Assembly: GCF_001194135.2 (NCBI RefSeq)
Contig: NC_068985.1
Span: forward strand, 80,850,778-80,914,777
Reading direction: 5' to 3'
DNA: 64,000 nt
Source: Octopus bimaculoides
Taxonomy: Eukaryota
Made by a program: the position numbers and the translations under genes
Part shown: positions 1 through 13,880 of the stretch, in pieces
Numbering within the stretch: the stretch's first letter is position 1
How the letters are laid out: every line of letters begins with the position of its first letter
The notes under the pieces: model-generated
What the model saw: the letters and a program-made list of their open reading frames with translations, nothing else
Databases searched by the model: none
Told to the model about the DNA's origin: nothing

Positions 1-664
1 ATATAAATATATGTCTGTGTGTCTTACTTCACTGAGTCAATAACTATGTCTTCTCCCCACCACCACTACCAAGCATTCTCTCATCCTTCTCCTGTCTACT
101 GTTTTTTCATTACTATTCTGCTCCACAGCACTGTCAGTCATCTCCTACTTATTCTTTGGTCACCTCTCTATCTTTGCTTGATCACTCTTTTCAAATGTGT
201 GTAATGATGTACTTCCTCTACAGCAGGAAATCTGTTTCATTCCAGGCACATTCCCTCAAACTCTTGCCCCTTAATCTTCCAGCATAAAGTTGTCTCCTTG
301 GGATCTGCAGTCTTGCACACTGCATTACAGCCTCAGAAATGCTGGTAACATGAAGAAAGTACTCAGTATATGCTGAAAAGTGGTTAGTGTTAGGCAGTAC
401 ATCCAGCCACAGAGAGCATGGCAAAAATAAGACAGTGCAGCACAATACAGTCCCCAGCATCTGCTTTGTCAAACTATTCAGCCCATGTTAGCAAAAAAGC
501 TGAGTGTTAAATGGCAACAATGATGATTAAGATATACTCCCCACCCACACAGAAATACACACACACACATTCATATACATATGAGTGGATACATATGTAT
601 GTACATGTATGTATGTATGTCTACACACATATATATATAAATGTGTATACACACACACGTTTGT

Positions 665-697
<33 letters not shown>

Positions 698-862
698 TAT
701 GCTTATGTTTATATATATATGCATGTATATTTATATATGTGTATATACCTGTGTGTGTGTGTGTGTGTTTATATATATGTAAATAAATATATATATAATT
801 TATAACTATCTATGTATGTATATGTTATATATAATTATCTCCCTCACTTTCTCTCTCTCTCT

Positions 863-919
<57 letters not shown>

Positions 920-1915
920 AACATATATCAAAACATGAAAGTTTACACAGCAAGTTTTCTTACTCTTAATTTTCATGTTTCAAGATAACCATTTTTTTCC
1001 CATTTGGTCTGTTTGTTGGTTTCTTGTGTCTTTTTTGTTATATTTTTACCATTATTGTTTGTTAAACTGGAGCATCCTTTTATTTACAATCCTTCTCAAA
1101 GAAATATATAATTTAATTATATCTCATTTCAATAAAGAAGCAAAAACTATACTTCTTTATTTCTCAGTGTCTATCTAATCATTGAAGAGCGGAATGCCTT
1201 TTGTTGGATAGTATATAGATATAAAGGGTAGGTGAGAGGGATAAAGTAACAGAAGGGAGAGTGAGAGGGAGAGAGGAGAGATATAGGAAGAAGGATAATA
1301 TGAAAATGCAAAAGATGGAATGAAAGAAACATTAGGCAAAACATACAAACTTGAAATTGAAAAAAAAAAAAATGGAACCTAAAGAATAAAAGCAAGATAA
1401 CTGAAAAATGGTAATCGTCCAGAAATGATTGTATAATCATTATAGTAAGAGAAAATTAATAAAAAATATAGATTCGAATAAAGATTGCATTCTAGTGGTT
1501 ATATTTCTTTGTAAATTAGCACAAAATATATGCTCTCATTTTACTTGCAAAACATGAAGGAAAAATATAAAACAAAAAAAGCAAAAAAGAAATCACTTGA
1601 GGGGAAGATGGCTAGGAAGTCGATGAACTATTTTGTATAAAAATTTCTGATTGCATAATCACAGCCAGGGAATTTTTAATGGAGTTTAATTCATCCATCA
1701 GACAAGAAAACACCACTTCATTTCCTGAAACAAATCTCTCCACTTTAGTTTGTTGAATGGTGGGAGGTGAGGACAATATTTAAAGTAAATAAATTGATAA
1801 GGCAAGAGTGAAAAAGAAAATGAAAAAAAATCATTTAAAGAATAAAAAAAAAAGGAACTTATATACACACAGACATTCATACCATACATACAAATATATA
1901 TACATTTAAATATAT

Positions 1916-1955
<40 letters not shown>

Positions 1956-3900
1956 NNNNNNNNNNNNNNNNNNNNNNNNNNNNNNNNNNNNNNNNNNNNN
2001 NNNNNNNNNNNNNNNNNNNNNNNNNNNNNNNNNNNNNNNNNNNNNNNNNNNNNNNNNNNNNNNNNNNNNNNNNNNNNNNNNNNNNNNNNNNNNNNNNNNN
2101 NNNNNNNNNNNNNNNNNNNNNNNNNNNNNNNNNNNNNNNNNNNNNNNNNNNNNNNNNNNNNNNNNNNNNNNNNNNNNNNNNNNNNNNNNNNNNNNNNNNN
2201 NNNNNNNNNNNNNNNNNNNNNNNNNNNNNNNNNNNNNNNNNNNNNNNNNNNNNNNNNNNNNNNNNNNNNNNNNNNNNNNNNNNNNNNNNNNNNNNNNNNN
2301 NNNNNNNNNNNNNNNNNNNNNNNNNNNNNNNNNNNNNNNNNNNNNNNNNNNNNNNNNNNNNNNNNNNNNNNNNNNNNNNNNNNNNNNNNNNNNNNNNNNN
2401 NNNNNNNNNNNNNNNNNNNNNNNNNNNNTATATATGCACGCACACACACATACACACATATGTACATATGCATCTATATGCATGTATATTATATTTAGAC
2501 AGATAGATATAAAGCTTCAATTTTCCTTAAGAAATGCTCATCGTGTAAACATCAAAGTCAAATATCTTCTTGTTATGAAAACATTTTATATATAATCTGT
2601 AAATTGCACTTTTTTCTTTCTTTCATTTTCTAGACTTTCAGCTTTAAATTTTGCTTTTTATTTCATTTTCTAATTCTGTGCTTTTTGTGTGTGTTTTTTA
2701 ATGCATGTCAGTTCATGTGTAAGTTTTTTGCTCTGTCTGTAAGTATGCGTGAGATCTTTTCCCATGTAAATGCTGTTTTTTATTGGGGATAAGGCAGAAT
2801 ATAGTGATATACATGATTATATATTTAGCATTTTTACGTATGTATCTATTTTTGTCTATTTCTATTTGTCTGTCTCTTGTCTGTTTCATTCTCTCTGTTT
2901 CTATTTCTCTTCCTATCTTCCTCCCCTTTCTCTCTCTGTTTCTCACTTTTTTACCTATCTGTCTGCCTGAGTGTCTGACTATGCTTTCCTATCTAATTAT
3001 GTATGTATGTATGTATGTATGTATGTATGTATGTATGTATGTATGTATGTATGTTTGTATGTATGTATCTATCTCTCTCCCTATCTATCTATCTATCTAT
3101 CTATTTATCTATCTATCCCTCTCTCTCTTGGCTGTATGTCTGTCTGTATATATGTATATCTGACTATTTATTTGATATCTCGCTATTTGTTTATCTATCT
3201 ATCAATATGTCTATCTACCCATTGTCTGTCTGTCTGTTGGTCTGTCTGTCTGCCTGTCTGTTGGCCTGTCTGTTGGCCCGTCTGTCTGCCTGTCTCTTTG
3301 TCCATTGATCTTCTGCATCATCTATCTATCAAACTATCTGTCTCCTTGTTTGTGTGTCATCTTTATAAATGATTATTCTGAGATTATTATTAAGTAGAAA
3401 TTTGATCCCACTTGAATAAATTCTGTTGCAAATGCAGGTGTGTGTATGTGTTTGTGTCTGTCTGTGAGTGCAGGTGTATGCATTTATATATGTGTCTATC
3501 TGTATGTGTGTATATATTATGTGTGTGTGTATTATATACAGAGATATATGGCTCTATGTGTGTGTGTGTCTAAAAAACGAAAAATGAGAAAATTTGTCCA
3601 TATGTGTTGACAATCATAATATAAGGAATAGGGCACAAATGAAAAAAACAACACAACACAGAGATTGAAGAAATAAAAATTTAGACCTCATCAGCTATTT
3701 TGCCTATGATTCTGGCAGTTTTGACACTTTGAGATAGAACTGTTACCTTAGAGGCATGAATAAGATAGTGGTGTTGGTAATCAACACAGTGGAGACAAGA
3801 CAAGACACAAAATTTTTAAAACATGTAGTAGTGTTTTAGCAAGCTGGAAAAGCAAAGACAGAGAGGAAGTAGGTTATACTTGAACTTTAGGTTAGTCAAA

Positions 3901-4138
3901 TACTCTCTTTACTCTCTCTTTTACAATTTTACTTGTTTCAGTGATTTGACTGCGGCCATGCTGGAGCACCGCCTTTAGTCGAGCAAATCGACCCCAGGAC
4001 TTATTCTTTGTAAGCCTAATACTTATTCTATCGGTCTCTTTTCCCAAACCGCTAAGTCACAGGGACGTAACACCATCAGTTGTTAAGCGATGTTGGGGGG
4101 ACAAACACAGACACACAAACATATACACACACACACAT

Positions 4139-4195
<57 letters not shown>

Positions 4196-4354
4196 TACGA
4201 CAGGCTTCTTTCAGTTTCCATCTACCAAATCCACTCACAAGGCTTTGGTCGGCCCGAGGCTATAGTAGAAGACACTTGCCCAAGATGCCACGCAGTGGGA
4301 ATGAACCCGGAACCATGTGGTTGGTAAGCAAGCTACTTACCACACAGCCACTCC
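3901..4354 (-). mobile_element. tRNA-derived SINE family A (octopus OR-like) with internal (CA)/(TA) microsatellite
   Basis: Minus strand reads tRNA-like head ggagtggctgtgtggtaag...ggttccgggttca, CORE-like ggcatcttgggcaagtgtcttc, microsatellite, then tail ...gactgaaacaagtaaaa. Multiple copies in the window. Confidence 0.8.
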
Positions 4355-7116
4355 AGCGCCTATTGTGTAATGACAAATACATATACCATGAAGAAAGAAA
4401 TTCTAGCTAATGGTAAAAGGTGTCAAAACATCTCATGTACTCAGTACCTCTCCTTATCTATATGCATGTGTGTGAAATCAAAAGCATCACTGCCATTATC
4501 TTGTGTCTGTTCCATGCTGGTAAATATTGGACAGGTTTAACAATGTCTTGTCACCTGCAATAGTTCTTCATCTCATCACCCATAATATTACTTCATCATA
4601 CTACCCACTGTAGTGCTTCAGCAAACACCTGTCATGGTCCTTCATCTCACCATCGACTGTAGTCCTTCATCTCATAGCCTAGCACACTCAGCAACATACA
4701 AAATCCATCAAATTTAGTTAGTTACGTAGGTCTTAGGGATTAGGCTAACAGCGTTTTATTGTGTCACTACCACTAAAGAGGTTTCTACCAGTGGGCAAGA
4801 GATTCCCATCTACTCTGCATGCCAAGTTACTACATTGTTATTCAGAGTGGAGCTCTCTGACTCTGTAAGTCAATTTACCTAGGAGAAGGCCACTCTAATG
4901 TAAAACCTACAGCTTACTGGTCACCACAGATGCCTTAGACTGCTGAGCCACTGTGTTCTGACCTTCCAAGTTCAAAGAGTGGGATCAGGTTCTGCAGACA
5001 GACTCTCACTTTAAAACTACTAAGTGCAGGCAAACTGAAAAGCCCCTGCAACGATGAAAGTGAGATGAATATGACATGAAGATGTAGCCATTCTTCTTCA
5101 TAATCTTTGAACACAAAGAAGTGCCACCTTATGTGTGTGTGTGGCGTGTGTGTGTGTGTGTGCGTGTGTTTGTGTGTGCATGTATGTGCATTATTGTTTA
5201 TTGTTTTTTGTCTTTTTTTTTATATCTATGTTGTCATTTGGAAAAGTATTTTCCATTTTCTGGACCAATTGTTTTCACTCCTGGAAGTTCTTTCTAATTA
5301 TAGTTTACCTAACTATTGGAAGGAGATTTGAACTGATGACTATGTTGCTAGTTGCCCAGCATCTTCACTTCACATGCTTTTTAATTGGGTGTGTATATGT
5401 GTGTACCTGTGTGTGTTTGTTTACAACCTACTGCATACGGTTTATCATATTCTTGTTTTATTTTTTATTTTTCTCTAAATGTTGGACCACTGTTGTAAGA
5501 ATCAAACAATGATACTTGCCACATTATTATGGACTAATTGTTGCTGTTGTTAATCTATTTATTTATTATTTTTTTTATTTTTTAGTCTTCTCAATTTGTT
5601 TCTTTATGTGTAGGGAGGGGGTAATTTAAGCTGTATTCAACTTAATATAAAAACACAGAAAATTAAGAAATGAAAAGGCCAGAAATTAATTATTGAAAAA
5701 AATCCAGTCACAACTATGTCATTAAATTTGGATTCATATTGATTTTTTTCCTAATGCAAAGGACATGATTGAGTGTGGTAGCAAAAGGTCAGATAATGAA
5801 GAGTCTTATAAGAAACAACTACAGCTGAAAATAGATTTTTAAATTATTGCCAAAGTATTCATTTTGCCTCTTTCAGATGCTAATTAATGTGCATAAACTC
5901 AGTTTAAGATAAACAATAAAGAATTCAAAGCTGTAATAATGATATTATTAATCATTCTAGGACTCAATCCATTCTAATATGAATAACAACAACAACTAAA
6001 TAAGGAGGGAAATGAAAGTAAAAATCAGTCACAATTAAAAAAATTCTCCTTTATCTTCTCGCAACTAATTCTGCTTTTACTATCCAGTTTTCTTTTTTTT
6101 CTTTTGGTACTAGACAATTCCTTGTTATTTTGATATTTCTATCATTAAACAAAAAAAAGAAGAAAAACTACAAAAACCTGCCACTGAAAACGCCTAACAA
6201 GCTGCTGAATAAAGAAGGCACGAAAGCTACTAGTTGTTTCCAAGACATGTTAGCATTGCACAGACGGTGAAACTTTGCTGTATAAAAGTTATAAACTTTG
6301 TTTCAAATCTTATGTTAGAAAATGGCTTTACTTCACTGACATATCTGACTAGTTCAAAATGCAATTCATATGAGTCAGATCTGATGAACAGAAATGTTGT
6401 GAATAGTTACCAACTCTCTAAAAGGCTCCAAAACATACTACTTACAAAATGCAGTTTGTTTGATGCATAAAATTTCACCCTTCACTTTACAGTGCCTAAT
6501 CAATGACCTGCTCAGAGACTGTGTCTTCACTATTGCTTCTCTACTGAGATTACAGGGATCTCTGCTTCTTTAAATCACATCTAGATTAAATGCACCTTTT
6601 TTTTTTGTTTTGTTTTTTGATCATCTATATGTCACCCCACAAGAACTTCACAGTAAACACTTTAAGAAAACTTCATGTGTAGAACCGTATCCTTTTGCTG
6701 TCCCTCCTCAACTATTCCCTCCAGCCTATAAAAAAAGTGTCAACTTCCCATGTTATATGCATTTCCTGAGTTTAGAAGGTCTACAAGGGCTTCTTGCTGG
6801 GACCTTTTAATAAAAATCTAAAATATAAACAATGTTATACTTCAAAGCAGCCATACTAGATCTTGTAGATATATTTCCTTTCATAGCAGGAAAATCAGCA
6901 CCAATGTTTTCTTTAATTTTAATTTTTTTTCATGTTTTAAAAGAATATAGATAATTCTTCAGATGACATATATATAAAAAAATTCTCAAATGTGCTCTGA
7001 ATTCTTCAATGCATATGAAGCTGAAAATAATTTGATAATTTCCATTTATCTATTATAGTCTCTTAGGTGACTAAATGTAGAATTTGACAGAGCTTTGCAC
7101 AGAACATTTTGTGGTA

Positions 7117-7432
7117 CAGTAATCCCTCACCATATCATGGTTCACCTGTTGCAGTTCACCTGTTGCAGTTCACCTATCGCGGTTCACCTATCGTGGTTCA
7201 CCTATCCCGGCTCACCTATCATGGTTCACCTATCTTGGTTCACCTATCACAGTTTATTATTTAAGCTTATGTTGGTTCCTCCATGGTGTTTTGCATTTAT
7301 AATAAAATAAATATATGCAAATTATAAAAATAATAAAAAAATATACAGTACAGTACTGTTTCTACTTTGCGGATTTTCATCTATTGCAAGGGGTTTTGGA
7401 ACATAACATCTGCAATAGTCAAGTGATTACTG
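7117..7432. mobile_element. pogo/Tigger-like MITE with internal 13-bp minisatellite
   Basis: TA|CAGTAATCCCTC...AAGTGATTACTG|TA. About 9 copies of ggttcacct(a/g)t(c/t)nn at 7125-7250. Confidence 0.75.
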
Positions 7433-7928
7433 TATTTGTTTTGATTGGCTGCACTCTGTGTTCAAATCTTACCATGGTCAACTTTTCCTTTCATCCTTTT
7501 AGAGTCAACAGAAAAAGTATCAATCGAAAGTAGTGGAATTGGTGGAACTGTTAAACGATAAAGTAAGATTCCTTATGGTAGCTGTTCTGGTTCTTTGCCC
7601 ATAACAAATAAAGAAATCTGCTGGCTAAATAACCTTTCTGCCTACTTACTTTCTTTTGTGAACCCTTAAAACACAAGATATCCAAATTTCTATACTAAAA
7701 ACTCCATGGGTTGAATGTAATGCTCTTTTATTCATATTGCTATGAGTTAATCATACAGTATCTCATAGCTTTGATATTTCAAAGATGGGATTGTTTATTT
7801 TTGAACTGACATTGTAGGGTAGATGTGAGAAGCTGGATCTACATAGAACAAGCAGAATATTTTGGCTGTTCAAATGCTAATGAGTTAAAGATGACACATT
7901 TGAATAAACAGACCTAATTACAAAGGTT

Positions 7929-8017
7929 CACATGTTGGACTGAATTCTGAATAATAATCACATGTTGGACTGAATTCTGAATAATAATCACATGTTGGAC
8001 TGAATTCTGAATAATAA
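7929..8017. repeat. 30-bp unit x3 tandem repeat
   Basis: cacatgttggactgaattctgaataataat, essentially perfect, with no spacers. Confidence 0.95.
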
Positions 8018-8692
8018 CATTCATCTTCCCAATACAAATAATAAATAATGTTAAAAAAACATCATTAACAACTAAACATAATTACACATCTGCCAACCAG
8101 CTAAACTTTTCAGCCTACTTACATTTTGCGAATCCTAAAAAAACAACCCCTTGGGTTGACACACCTACATACAAAGTTTTAGATGTGTCACTGAATTCTA
8201 AATGATAAACTTTAATCAATAAAAACTTATTTATATTGCTCCATCAGAAGTTACCCTACAACCTAATTACCATTCAACAGAGATCCAACTACCACCAAAA
8301 AAATATACTTATTTGCCAAGAGAAACTCAAAAGTGTCATAGTCTAGTGGTGGTTAAGCAAGTTGAAATGTCTAAGTAACTGTCAATGCTATTCTTTCCTG
8401 TAAAAGAATAATATATATATGTATGTGCATGTGTGTGTATATCAATGTGTATGGATATAAATATTTATGTACATAGATACACAATATATACACTACATAT
8501 GCACACACATATAATTTAAACTTAAATAAATCTGTATATGTATATAGATGTCTGTGTATGTATATGTATGTGTGTATATATATATAAATATATATGTTTG
8601 CTTGTATGTGCATGTACACCCACATGTATGTGCAAAAGAGAGAAAAAGATAGACAAATATACATTTATCATCATCAATGTAAAAATGCTCTG

Positions 8693-8753
<61 letters not shown>

Positions 8754-8758
8754 GTGTT

Positions 8759-8812
<54 letters not shown>

Positions 8813-9959
8813 GTATATGTATAAATACATATTCTACACACACATATACATATCACATTAAGACAGTTGCTGACCCTCATATACACTTGTATGAATATGC
8901 ATTCTTATTTCTTAAGTATTCATATGCAAATGCACATATACTTACTTTGACATGATAATTTAATGCAATTAATTTATTTAAATTCAGTTTTTTGTCATAT
9001 GATTTATGCCAAAACTAGTCTTTTTATCACAAACTATTACCTGTCATCGCTTTTCATCGATTTTATAATACATCAGATTTAATCATTTTTTTTCCTTGTT
9101 TGATCTTTCTAAACAAATTAACAAATTTGCAGCAAAAGAGAATGTTTCTTAGTGGAATAACTAATGTAAATTTAAACTGTCTTATTTCTTAACTCAGAAA
9201 GTTGACATTATGTTTACGCTTTGAAAAAAATGGACATTTAAAAAATTTTTTTGTTTTTATTAAAGAAATATATACTTTTTCTGTCAACATTACTGTCTGT
9301 GTTTGCTTGTCAAGTTAAAATACATAATTCTACAACTTCGTGTATTTGCCTGGAAGTTTTGCTTACTCATGTAATATATTAAAAAAAAGAGGTGTGTGTG
9401 TGTGTGTTTGTGGATATACATAGATGCATGTATGCACAAATACATAAAAAACAAATATATCTGAATACATATGCATACACATATGTGTGTGCATGTATAT
9501 ATATATTGATATGTATGTGTGTGTGTACAAGGCAGCAAACTGGCAGTGTCATTAGAGTATCAGTTAGCTTGCTTTAGAATAAATGTTCCATTTCATTACA
9601 CACAGAGTTCAAATCCCAACCAGGTCAACTTTGCCTTTTGTTGGTTTGGGATCTACTCCAGAATTTGTATTCTTACATGTTCACATCATTTCATATGTGT
9701 GTGTGTGTGTGTGCACACGAATGATCTAAGAGAAATAACTCATGGTAGCTAGTAAGTATTTTGTATTTGAACAACAAAAAGGAATAGCGTATATTAAATA
9801 ACATACACTGTAGGTTTCTGGTCTATTGAAATGATCTTTACTTCTGACCACTTATCTACCTTCTTCATTTGGAGAAGCAGGTGAGAGTGAGAAAATTATG
9901 GTGATCAGGTATGGCAGAGCTAAAGGATAAGAATTAAAATTACTCAACTAAGAGGGTGT

Positions 9960-10650
9960 GAAGGAGTAGAAAGTATTCATTTAAACATTTTGTGTTATGG
10001 TTCCTAGATTCAAAACGAAACATTTTTCATTCTGTTGCCTTGAGTGTTCATCCATGCTGTGTAGAGATTCGATTCCACACACTGATAAAAATAAGTGAAA
10101 GCCAATTCATTATTGTGGCTCCTGTAATGTAGTTATGCTAGTCTTTTTTTCCATAATCTTGCTACAATATTTAACATTTCAAATTGTGTGTTGAAGTTTG
10201 TAGCTGTTGCCCTGGTTTATGTAGTAGTATGTTTTGAATGTGTTTGCAATTGTAATTGGCTAGGTGGCAACCTAATGTGAATTGCAACACAAAGTTTGTA
10301 GATATATTAGGCTGGAAGATGGACAGTATAAATTTTAGGTAATGTGATAACGTGACTGAGGCCCAGTGATGGTTGTAGTGTTGTTAATGTTGTATCATAG
10401 GTGAGCATATTTCAAAGTGGCTGGTTGTGTATGGCTGGGTTGCTATGGAGTTCTAACTAGGAGATTGCTGAGGTTCCTATCTTTCTTGAAGGTGAAGACA
10501 AATGGCACAGGAGAGGTTTGAGCAGTTGTGGAGTAAGAGAGTGTGGTTTGGAAGCTGTGGATAAGTGTCCATTTCAGTGGGAAGACAGAACTTGGGGAAA
10601 AGTGGAATCCAGTCTGTACATATTTTTAAAGAGAGCAAGACAGTGGTGGT
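9960..10650 (-). mobile_element. Highly decayed Penelope-like GIY-YIG/C-terminal remnant (different from 54460 element)
   Basis: Fragmentary minus-strand peptides RNLSNLLVR, NVKYC...YITGAT and FVLNLGTI resemble PLE C-termini. No open frame. Confidence 0.4.
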
Positions 10651-10768
10651 ACAGTTGTCACATAAACACACACACACATACACGCACACACACAGAGCAA
10701 AAAATAAATGCATGTACATATAATTATTCATGTATGCTTATATATATCTGTGTGTGTGTGTGTGTCTA

Positions 10769-10821
<53 letters not shown>

Positions 10822-10867
10822 TATATACACATACATTTCTTGTAGGATATTTTTTACATACATCTCA

Positions 10868-11155
10868 TTTTTATTTATGCGCCCTTTTCAAGCATAACCA
10901 GGCTCATGGGCCCGGCTTCCCAGTTTCTATGGCATATGTGTACCCCCCAGCTGGACGTGATGCCAGTCCATCGCATTACTCAAGAAACAGGAAGGAAAAG
11001 TGAGAGAAAGTTGGGGTGAAAGAGTACAACAGAGCCTCGTGGAGCTTTAGGTGTTTTTGCTCAATGAATACACACAGTGCCCGGTCTGGAAATCGAAACT
11101 GTGATCCTCCAGCCACGAGTCCACTGCCCTAACCACTGGGCCATTGTGCCTCCAT
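10868..11155 (-). mobile_element. SINE with family-B head but a different 3' half
   Basis: Minus strand tggaggcacaatggcccagtggttagggcag...aaaaacacctaaagctccacgaggct matches family B, then diverges. Confidence 0.7.
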
Positions 11156-11842
11156 ACACATACATCTCATAGGAATTTTTTAATAATTTTGTTATCAACA
11201 TATTTGTGTGAAAATATGACATTTCAAAGATTTACAGTATTTGTTTGATTAAAATGAAAATTTAGAAAAATACAAATTTTTTTTCAATTAATGACACATT
11301 TGGGACCAGGTTAATTTTCTTTATTGAGTACTATTTTTTTTACAGGAATTACCTATTTTGTATTATTTTAAGGTAGGCATTCCTCAAAGTTAACTTCTAA
11401 CCTACTTTCATTTAACTTTAAAATTTGAAATTCATGGGTAAATTCCAGATTGATGTTTTTGTCATTTTATTTCAATGATGGTCCAGTTCTTGGTGAAGAA
11501 AATCACATAACATCGATGTTTTCATAGAAGACTGAAGCAGTTTGCCTGAAGCATAGTTGAATGTTTGTCTCTATTTTTATATTAGTTTTTTTTCCATGAT
11601 ATAACGGGTTAGATGATTATATTATTGGTATATTTTTTACAGCTGAATGTTCTTTATATCATTAACACTTCCTTGTTCTTTTTATGTAGGAGATATGTAA
11701 TTTTATATCTTGCAAAGTGCAAAGCCAGTGGATAATTTGTTAACAGAAGTGATAACAACATCACTGCTTGTGGATTATGATTTTTCAGAGAAGTACAAAT
11801 GTAAACAGATAACTCCCTCGCAGATACACATGTATTTGTGTA

Positions 11843-11911
<69 letters not shown>

Positions 11912-11917
11912 ATACAT

Positions 11918-12501
11918 GGGGTGCAGTGAATAAACTGTCATCTAAATTAAGCAAAAATGAAAATAATACTGACGTCTCATTTTAACAGATATATTTACCA
12001 AAATTACATAAAAATGTCTTGAAATACTAAAGAGTAAATTTATTCAATACGATCACTATTGGCTTCAACTATGGCCTCCAGACGACTTCAGAATGTCCTG
12101 CAACACTTCTGGATGGTCTCCTTGTTTAAGTTGGTGAATGCTGCCATAATCCTTGCCTTCAGTTCATCTTTGGTGTTACAAGGATTTTGTTGGTCTCTCA
12201 CTCAACTGTACCCCACACATAATAATCAAGAGGGTTGCAGTCTGGGGAGTTAGGTGGCCAGATATTAGGGGTTATGTGGTCACAGGAATTGTCTGACAGC
12301 CATGACTGGGCTCTCCTGCTTGTGTGGCATGGTGCAGAATCCTGTTGCCAGACATAGGGTCTTCCAGCAGCCATCCTCTTGACTCAGAGCAGCATTACCT
12401 CCTCCAGGCACTTGATTCAGGCTTCCATGTTAAGTTTGATGCCATGTGGGAAGATGAATGGAGGCATAACGTCACCATCACTAGTGACTACTCCAAACAC
12501 C
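11918..12501 (-). mobile_element. maT-type (DD37D) Tc1/mariner transposase remnant, 3' part, running into a gap
   Basis: VFGVVTSDGDVMPPFIF...VWQQDSAPCH...WPPNSPDCNPLDYYVWG. 37 residues lie between the catalytic D codons at 12339-12341 and 12225-12227. An in-frame stop follows. Confidence 0.85.
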
Positions 12502-13300
12502 NNNNNNNNNNNNNNNNNNNNNNNNNNNNNNNNNNNNNNNNNNNNNNNNNNNNNNNNNNNNNNNNNNNNNNNNNNNNNNNNNNNNNNNNNNNNNNNNNNN
12601 NNNNNNNNNNNNNNNNNNNNNNNNNNNNNNNNNNNNNNNNNNNNNNNNNNNNNNNNNNNNNNNNNNNNNNNNNNNNNNNNNNNNNNNNNNNNNNNNNNNN
12701 NNNNNNNNNNNNNNNNNNNNNNNNNNNNNNNNNNNNNNNNNNNNNNNNNNNNNNNNNNNNNNNNNNNNNNNNNNNNNNNNNNNNNNNNNNNNNNNNNNNN
12801 NNNNNNNNNNNNNNNNNNNNNNNNNNNNNNNNNNNNNNNNNNNNNNNNNNNNNNNNNNNNNNNNNNNNNNNNNNNNNNNNNNNNNNNNNNNNNNNNNNNN
12901 NNNNNNNNNNNNNNNNNNNNNNNNNNNNNNNNNNNNNNNNNNNNNNNNNNNNNNNNNNNNNNNNNNNNNNNNNNNNNNNNNNNNNNNNNNNNNNNNNNNN
13001 NNNNNNNNNNNNNNNNNNNNNNNNNNNNNNNNNNNNNNNNNNNNNNNNNNNNNNNNNNNNNNNNNNNNNNNNNNNNNNNNNNNNNNNNNNNNNNNNNNNN
13101 NNNNNNNNNNNNNNNNNNNNNNNNNNNNNNNNNNNNNNNNNNNNNNNNNNNNNNNNNNNNNNNNNNNNNNNNNNNNNNNNNNNNNNNNNNNNNNNNNNNN
13201 NNNNNNNNNNNNNNNNNNNNNNNNNNNNNNNNNNNNNNNNNNNNNNNNNNNNNNNNNNNNNNNNNNNNNNNNNNNNNNNNNNNNNNNNNNNNNNNNNNNN
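12502..13300. other. Assembly gap (largest); other gaps at 1956-2428, 20699-20891, 27516-27525, 45035-45199, 56297-56581 and 60352-60361
   Basis: Runs of N. Most are bordered by (TA)n or sit inside repeats. Confidence 1.
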
Positions 13301-13559
13301 AGCTCAAAGACAATATAATGTATTGGTATATTTATTTTTTTATATATAATATTTTTATATATTATTTTCTTCATTTTGTACTTCTTTGTAAAAAAGCATT
13401 TTCATTCTCCCTCTTCTTGAAAATTTGCTTCGCAATGAAAGCCGGTTAGAGAAATCTTTATTAAAATATGCTTCCAGTTTAGCATTCTGCCTTATTATTA
13501 TTTTTCGTTTTTCTATTATTTCTCCACGTGCGGTTAACACAACCCCACTGTTTACTGAG

Positions 13560-13592
<33 letters not shown>

Positions 13593-13659
13593 CATACAAT
13601 TTGGATATTTTTATACACCACTGGTTACAATACACTGTTTGCATTGTTGTAGCTTTTAA

Positions 13660-13880
13660 ACCATGCCACCCCTGCTGGCTAGGTAGGCTGGTCAGTATTA
13701 TGTCCTGAATAGTATGCCAGTCCATACAGTGTTACTCATTTACAGTTGAGTGGACTGGAACAATGTAAAATGAAGTGTTTTGTTTGAGAACAAATACACT
13801 GCACTGCTGGTCTGTGAACTGAACCACAATCTTGTAATTGTGAGGGCAACACCCTAACCACTAGGCCTGTTGTCTTCATG
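13660..13880 (-). mobile_element. Decayed tRNA-derived SINE (Nin-domain-like)
   Basis: gccagtccatacagtgttactcatttacagttgagtggactggaacaatgtaaaatgaagtgttttg motif, with a related segment at 37155-37310. Confidence 0.45.

Noticed and set aside
511-3372. Many 60-350 aa ORFs rich in YI/CV/TH, and ORFs spanning X runs (also 8371-8886, 12324-13449, 56180-58024, 60102-60668)
   Set aside because: These are translations of microsatellites or N gaps, not genes.
7929-8017. CRISPR-like 30-bp repeats
   Set aside because: No spacers, no cas genes, eukaryotic context.
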